A stretch of DNA of 13,052 nucleotides from Promethearchaeota archaeon (GTDB taxonomy: Archaea > Asgardarchaeota > Thorarchaeia > Thorarchaeales > Thorarchaeaceae), in NCBI GenBank assembly GCA_014728035.1, contig WJMJ01000140.1, forward strand, positions 1-13,052, written 5' to 3'. Positions within the stretch are counted from its first letter, which is position 1; every line of letters begins with the position of its first letter. Below the pieces are notes generated by a model. That model saw only the letters and a list, made by a program, of their open reading frames with translations, did not search any database and was not told where the DNA came from. This document shows, one piece after another, positions 9,001 to 13,052 of the stretch. The position numbers and the translations under genes were made by a program.

Positions 9001-9538
9001 ATCTCATCTCAGGTTGAAGCGTTTCAATGAAGGTATATCCTTGCTTGAAGAATCTCTGGTTCTAGACCCAGAATATATCCCTGCCATTCATGCTCTTGGA
9101 GATGCGTACTATTCCCAGAAAGAATGGAAAAAGGCTGAGGTCGAATACCAGAAACTTACAAAATTGAAACCCAAACATCCTGGTTATTGGATTAACTACG
9201 GAAGTAGTCTTGCTAGACAGGGAATGCTGAAGGTAGCAAAGAGGATGTTCAATAGGGCTCGTGGATTAGTACCAAATGACGGGAGATCTTGGCTCAATTT
9301 TGGTCGGTCTTATGAGGATTTAGGCAATCTTGCACAAGCTGAATCATGTGTTCGAAAGGCCCATAGCCTGAAACCTAATAATGTCACGATATTGAGAATA
9401 CTATACACTATCCTGAAGAAACGTGGGAAACATCGTCATGCAGACACAATTGCCGCTCAGATTGATGAACTTGTTGCCGAGGGTGTTGCAGAATATTATG
9501 AAGAAACAGATGGAGATGAATCTACCAATTGGGCATAG
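6074..9538 (+). CDS. STAND-like P-loop NTPase with a C-terminal TPR array
   Basis: Walker A LLLGPTGSGKT, Walker B-like VLFVENVH, sensor-like RILVIGRS and a PHPRLAE motif. Many TPR repeats follow (AWNNLGAVY, GWFNLARS, AIHALGDAYY, YWINYGSSL, SWLNFGRSY). The frame stays open upstream to 5954, so the true start is probably earlier. Confidence 0.88.
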   Translation: MIADVIQNAPETGYVVDGVDFLSNISGIISSLRSFKEERDIRKSTKKSLEDSLQSQGITLSTSQWELLEPLIRWDDPVVQQIFLSGSFSGGVTVWLSGVNEEDIFTTEQIQAISSIYRDVLVHRVVNDPVIVSFQTSEKLQELEASINKIIKILLSRNLESQGDIKQAELIGLKTFRSVVLENENDEPDPFRGLKTGTPRMIDFDNGYVIDPPYLSEVIRKFDLYSAQKPYADFLLLGPTGSGKTWGSLSIGYHFIKNDWVVFQIDLENIVRYNLTPNLIPFLLKQSQRTVLFVENVHLYVDYARELIEQIRMNTILLQNPLRILVIGRSSIESDNERIQPLSELFDTETILFLKPNPNFAETYLTRLRQEFEIHEDFKAISLLEQSGSFAIYCEVLRRIIEESQGCGPEDYDPWEEISKYSLQRRLVDVYATDRRKGAIILSAISAFSRIESPLLEDFLLEYLGDAYQDTLGVLISHQQLWVHEVSDVFLRRLGLPHPRLAENLFEWGREVLGMYLKQKDTPIEETIYFDYLDYLETLDSALRQDEDCVYVHRITTHLGLVEGTSVVEKIFQYLLQKIETSTEELSDRVRTLTAGSLYNIGNFYRQQDDFCKAIIAYTSALLLQDDFVQAWNNLGAVYLQMKEYSSATECLIHAIEVDDSQSSPFANLSAAYFKQELSCLGYITGKIAIELDPNNATGWFNLARSCQLKKRYEEAMEYLHIAMDLHETISVHLYEMELELLHGLKEYRRALQRAKEIGKLGHETAVIFLRIGVSMLRLECFDSSVKWLKIALKKDSGIYEAWLFLAEAETKRNNWDLAVKYTEKALDIYPDRDIGLGFMLTIFLRNKQNHSDLLKRYLRAKPTDISLATQIIRYLLHLNYTSDAEHIVDWLLQSQIQEQLALLEICHEFLKKNSLEPANDILQTFEKIPEPPIEFYEAKAVFMFMRKEYEASIEFAERVLSDNRDNLHSLLACGLSHLRLKRFNEGISLLEESLVLDPEYIPAIHALGDAYYSQKEWKKAEVEYQKLTKLKPKHPGYWINYGSSLARQGMLKVAKRMFNRARGLVPNDGRSWLNFGRSYEDLGNLAQAESCVRKAHSLKPNNVTILRILYTILKKRGKHRHADTIAAQIDELVAEGVAEYYEETDGDESTNWA

Positions 9539-9567
9539 ATATCAAAGTTGGTGTTTCATGAAAGCAT

Positions 9568-10622
9568 TCAGAAGGGGTAGTTGACCCTCTCAAGTAGATG
9601 CAATACATCTCCCATCTATGTAATCAATTCGACTATGGTTCTATCAACATGACCTCTCTTTGTTTCGTCAAGTTTCTCGGATTGAATAACTTTGTTGATT
9701 CAATCCATCAGAAGTTTTCCAACTCGTTTGATATGGGTTCTTTCACTCTTCAGTTCTCTTCCCAATTTGGTAACTGCCTGTTCTTTTACCCAATTAAGAA
9801 GGCTACCTATTTTGGTTCCTACTACATGCAAAGAAAGAGGTTCATCGTCTGAAGAATGCATCTCCTCTAATAACATGACAGATGTGAATTGACGTACTAT
9901 TGTCCGTAGGTCTTCCATAATCTGCATAAGATGGAGACCCTCGGTACTCCTCTCATGTTTCGAAATTGAGTCATTGAACATTGTCAGAAGTGTAGGATCT
10001 ATTGTTTCAAGCTTTGCCAATACTAATTCCCTTGTAGCACTTAATAGATTGGAAACACCCATCTCGAATTTCAATGCGATATATTGTTGCAGCGCAAAGT
10101 TATGAAGTCTAGAGCGTATTGCTGAAAGAATCCCCTTTGCTTTTAATTTCGTAAAGACAGCATGAACTGCCATTGGAGCAATAACTGAATCACTATAGGT
10201 TCTTTTGTATTTGATTTTGATATGCTTTGTCAGAGTCGTCTTCCTAATCACTTCAAGTTGCCCTACTGGGAATCTGATTTCAAACCATACTGGTGTGGGA
10301 TTTGCGGCTCGACGAATTTGCTCCTGGTATACATCATCACGAATATCAGAAAAAAATGGCATATTGGGGGCAGCTGCTAATTCGATTTGCCGGTAATGTG
10401 GTGCAAGAAATCGCTTGTATTTTTCTCTAGCTTCTATATCTTCGATTTTCATATAACCCTCCAATTCAAGATGTATCCAAACGAGTTCTTCATCAGAGAG
10501 TTCTAACAAATCGATTACTTTTTTGCCTTTAGTAGTAATGGTTCTAGATACTTTCCGGGCTTTTCACATCCTTCTATAATTTCCTCTCTTATATCCAAAG
10601 CCATCATTCGTTTTTTGCTCAT
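9568..10622 (-). pseudogene. Interrupted AbiTii-domain protein gene
   Basis: ATG at 10622 follows GAGGGG. Adding one A to the A6 run (10519-10524) joins ...LEPLLLKAKK to VIDLLELSDEELVWIHLELEGY...PHYRQI, matching the AbiTii pattern 'LL.KA...L....W...EL.GY...P.YR'. The frame continues past TGA (9700-9702) and TAG (9616-9618) as LMD*INKVIQSEKLDETKRGHVDRTIVELIT*MGDVLHLLERVNYPF to TGA 9568. Confidence 0.7.
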
Positions 10623-10681
10623 TTCATCCCCTCTATTACAATTGTATGATTTGTGTATCAAGGTGGGCCCGAACAGACAGA

Positions 10682-10842
10682 TGGCGAACATCAGTGCATA
10701 AAACAAAGATGTATCTGCTGTCGAACCCGACATTCCTGAGACCTGTGGGGTTATGTAGCTTTCGAGACGGACATAATAACTTGGCAGTAAGATATATTAG
10801 GTGAGACGCCCTTTTAATTGATTGGCGAACAATAGTGCATAA
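10682..10842 (+). repeat. 20-bp direct repeat TGGCGAACA(TC/AT)AGTGCATAA at 10682-10701 and 10823-10842
   Basis: 18/20 identity, 141 bp apart. The second copy contains the GTG start of the 10835 ORF. Confidence 0.8.
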
Positions 10843-11632
10843 TGAGACCTATCAAGAGGTCTCGTGTGAGAGTAAGGTCTCTGAGTTCATTCAGAGTCAT
10901 CTTCCTCTCTCAGTTGAGACCTTATCGGGTGTACTCGAACGAGTACGAGCTGCATGTGTAGACGGAATCCTCGACCCATTGTTCCGTGTCACCGTTGAGG
11001 GTGGCGAAATCGGGTCGATAGAACATCACCACTTCATCGAGGACTTTTCCTATTCCTTTTTGCTCTGGCTTATGGAACAACACGGAGTCTGTAGTTGTGG
11101 ATCCACAGACCTATCCCTGCATGGAACCGATGAATGGATAGAGTATGTTACATGCGAGGCCTGTGGGAATCAACTTCACAGAGGCCGATTAGCATGGACC
11201 TCTCTGGCTGAGCAGCAACGGGTAGAACGGGCTTTAGCGAAGTCGGGTTTTTCACCAGAGCTTATCCTGACTCCACCAGTCAAGACACAGAACGACCTCT
11301 GTTTCCTGTTCATGCGATTGTTCGAGGTAGCGTTAGAGCATCAGGTGTATGACGAGCGTTTTCAGGCAAGTTACCTTGCTCCTCTCTATTCTCGTGAACA
11401 TATTCGATTCGTGGAGAGAAATATCAAACGAAGTCTGTTTGGGTTACTAGGAGATGGACTGGCGACCTGTCCCTGTGGAGGATTCGATTTCAGGGTACAA
11501 CCGTTACTGATAACCTGCCACAGGTGTGGGTTGAAGCTGGCCTATGAGAACTACTACAGGATGGAGTGGAGGGCTCCGCATGACCTCTTAGACCATGAGA
11601 ACGGCCGTGGGAGGGTCTTGAGTGACCATTGA
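10835..11632 (+). CDS. Protein with two TFIIB-like zinc ribbons (internal duplication)
   Basis: CSCGSTDLSL...YVTCEACGNQL and CPCGGFDFRV...LITCHRCGLKL, each preceded by a similar helix (HHFIEDFSYSFLLWL / IRFVERNIKRSLFGL). Overlaps the TBP gene by 11 nt. Confidence 0.75.
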   Translation: MHNETYQEVSCESKVSEFIQSHLPLSVETLSGVLERVRAACVDGILDPLFRVTVEGGEIGSIEHHHFIEDFSYSFLLWLMEQHGVCSCGSTDLSLHGTDEWIEYVTCEACGNQLHRGRLAWTSLAEQQRVERALAKSGFSPELILTPPVKTQNDLCFLFMRLFEVALEHQVYDERFQASYLAPLYSREHIRFVERNIKRSLFGLLGDGLATCPCGGFDFRVQPLLITCHRCGLKLAYENYYRMEWRAPHDLLDHENGRGRVLSDH

Positions 11633-12170
11633 ATACAGGTTGGTCAATGCTGTCTGGTCTGGAGATTTCGGAAAACGGATCGATCTGGACGAGATAGCAG
11701 CGTCATTCCCATTCAGAGCTACCTTCGAGGTTGAAAAGTTTCCAGGGATGAGATGGAAAGACAAGGAGGGCAAGAACATTCTCCATGTCTTTGCATCGGG
11801 AAAGTTCATCGTGACCTTGTATATCGAGCCCGAACAGGTCAGGTTTATGCTTCAGGACTTTATCGAGTGCTACAACTCGCTCTATTTCTTCCGCAAGGAG
11901 TCACACCTCTCCATGCCTGATGTCGAGCTGCAGAACTTGGTGGCAACGGGTAAGATTGAGAAGAGTCTGAATCTGGAACTCCTATCCCTAGAGTTAGAGA
12001 ACACTGTTTACGAACCAGAACAGTATCCGGGATTGGTGTGGCGGATTCGGAGATACAATGTCACAGTTATTCTGTTCGGGTCTGGTGCCTTCACCATCAC
12101 GGGGGCAGAGTCAGAGTCCATTATCAAACAGACACTAGAGCTGATTGATGAAGTGGGGGGTTCCTCATGA
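11622..12170 (+). CDS. tbp: TATA-box-binding protein, divergent paralogue
   Basis: Two TBP repeats: LVNAVWSG...IDLDEIA...FEVEKFPGMRW...VFASGKFIVT and LQNLVATG...LNLELLS...YEPEQYPGLVWR...LFGSGAFTITGA. GGAGGG lies upstream of the GTG start. Confidence 0.92.
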   Translation: MTIEYRLVNAVWSGDFGKRIDLDEIAASFPFRATFEVEKFPGMRWKDKEGKNILHVFASGKFIVTLYIEPEQVRFMLQDFIECYNSLYFFRKESHLSMPDVELQNLVATGKIEKSLNLELLSLELENTVYEPEQYPGLVWRIRRYNVTVILFGSGAFTITGAESESIIKQTLELIDEVGGSS

Positions 12171-12874
12171 CCTATGAACGGAACAAGCAGTACAAGGCCG
12201 ACCTTCTTCCGGTCATCGAACAGCACCTATCCCTGATTCGAGAGAGCGGTCTGTTTGATGACCATCCTGACAGGATAACCTATGATAGACTGGAACAATG
12301 TGCCTTTGAACTATTGAAGCGACACGACTTTGGAGTACGGATGCTTCCTTCTTGTGCTAATGCTTCAGTGATACTAATCTACGAATGTATTGTCCGATAC
12401 ACATCCATAAAATTTCGACCGAAGAAGAAGGACCTCGAAGAGATTTTTCGGAGACGGATTCCAAACAAAGGATACATCAACCATTTTGGACGAGTACCAA
12501 AAATCTTACTCAGCGACATCACGTCATGTGAATACAATGAGAATGATTCGATTCGTGAGTTGATCATACTCCTCATCGATTCACTAAACAAGATAACTGA
12601 ACAAAGATTCAATGAGTACCTACGGAAAATTGAGAATCTTGCTCTGACTATCGGCACATTGACCCCTTCAAGTGAGTTTAGAACCTGTAGACTTGCTGGT
12701 GCGTGTGTATATCTTGCACACCGTTACCGAATAGGGAAGGAGCGTATCTGGCTCACTCAGAATATCCTCTCATACTTGTTTGGAAAAAAATCTACTCTAA
12801 CCGAAGAGGTGCGATTCATCGAAGAACATGTGGACATCTTTGCACTGCGAAACAGACTCGATGATAGGAACTGA
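12167..12874 (+). CDS. TFIIB/TFB-like cyclin-fold protein lacking the N-terminal zinc ribbon
   Basis: The C-terminal LAGACVYLAHR...LTQNILSYLFGKKSTLTEEVRFIEE resembles the second TFB cyclin repeat (AAA.lY.A....TQ..iA...g....Ti). A weaker first repeat is ANASVILIYECIVR...KKKDLEEIF. ATGA overlap with tbp. Confidence 0.65.
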   Translation: MTYERNKQYKADLLPVIEQHLSLIRESGLFDDHPDRITYDRLEQCAFELLKRHDFGVRMLPSCANASVILIYECIVRYTSIKFRPKKKDLEEIFRRRIPNKGYINHFGRVPKILLSDITSCEYNENDSIRELIILLIDSLNKITEQRFNEYLRKIENLALTIGTLTPSSEFRTCRLAGACVYLAHRYRIGKERIWLTQNILSYLFGKKSTLTEEVRFIEEHVDIFALRNRLDDRN

Positions 12875-12895
12875 CTGGCATCGCAGGAGTGACGT

Positions 12896-12930
12896 TTGGT
12901 ATTACGGGATAGTATACCAATCTCTTTTCT
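12896..12930 (+). terminator. Putative terminator: hairpin plus pyrimidine tract
   Basis: TTGGTAT (12896-12902) pairs with ATACCAA (12914-12920), followed by TCTCTTTTCT, starting about 20 nt after the operon's last stop codon. Confidence 0.4.
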
Positions 12931-12942
12931 ATCTAAAACAGC

Positions 12943-12982
12943 TACTAGATGTCATTCCAAATGAAATCCGTAACATCTAGTA
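12943..12982. repeat. Perfect 10-bp inverted repeat TACTAGATGT-N20-ACATCTAGTA
   Basis: Seen directly in the intergenic sequence. Confidence 0.7.
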
Positions 12983-13052
12983 CTTTCTATTCACCAAGAA
13001 TCCATTAGATATGTACGAATTTACAATACGATTAACAATTGTTAAATAACAC

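Noticed and set aside
9598-10396. Plus-strand ORFs 9598..9852, 9692..9892 and 10205..10396
   Set aside because: Antisense to the AbiTii-like gene, whose frame explains the region.
10623-10733. N-terminal extension of ORF 10515..10733
   Set aside because: A GAGGGG SD-like site precedes ATG 10622, and the extension overlaps the repeat-rich intergenic region.
10682-10842. Direct repeat read as a mini-CRISPR array
   Set aside because: Only two copies, a 121-nt gap far longer than a spacer, and no cas genes in the window.
11588-12657. Minus-strand ORFs 11588..11809, 12008..12226 and 12379..12657
   Set aside because: Antisense shadows of tbp and the TFB-like gene.
1-13052. Genome-wide stop-codon reassignment
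   Set aside because: TAA, TAG and TGA all end apparently complete genes here (for example tbp with TGA and the TPR gene with TAG), and TGG is used normally for Trp.

Overview
Archaeal accessory or mobile-element-like region. The TBP/TFB homologues, GAGGTG-type Shine-Dalgarno (SD) sites and TATA-like boxes point to archaea; an Asgard or other uncultured lineage is plausible but cannot be proven here. Two GC-richer ends (about 1-1130 and 10740-12200) flank AT-rich, defence-island-like cargo: a helical hypothetical protein, a small membrane protein with an apparent frameshift, a DUF5677/HEPN-like protein, two membrane proteins, a 1154-aa STAND-like P-loop NTPase-TPR protein, and an interrupted AbiTii-domain gene (one frameshift, two in-frame stops). 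The most striking element is a tightly overlapping three-gene operon (10835-12874). It encodes a protein with two TFIIB-like zinc ribbons, a divergent TATA-binding protein, and a TFB-like cyclin-fold protein with no zinc ribbon. This looks like a self-contained, possibly 'split-TFB', alternative transcription-initiation module. Its promoter region carries a 20-bp direct repeat and a cluster of GAGAC motifs. All family assignments come from motif recognition by eye, not from database searches.
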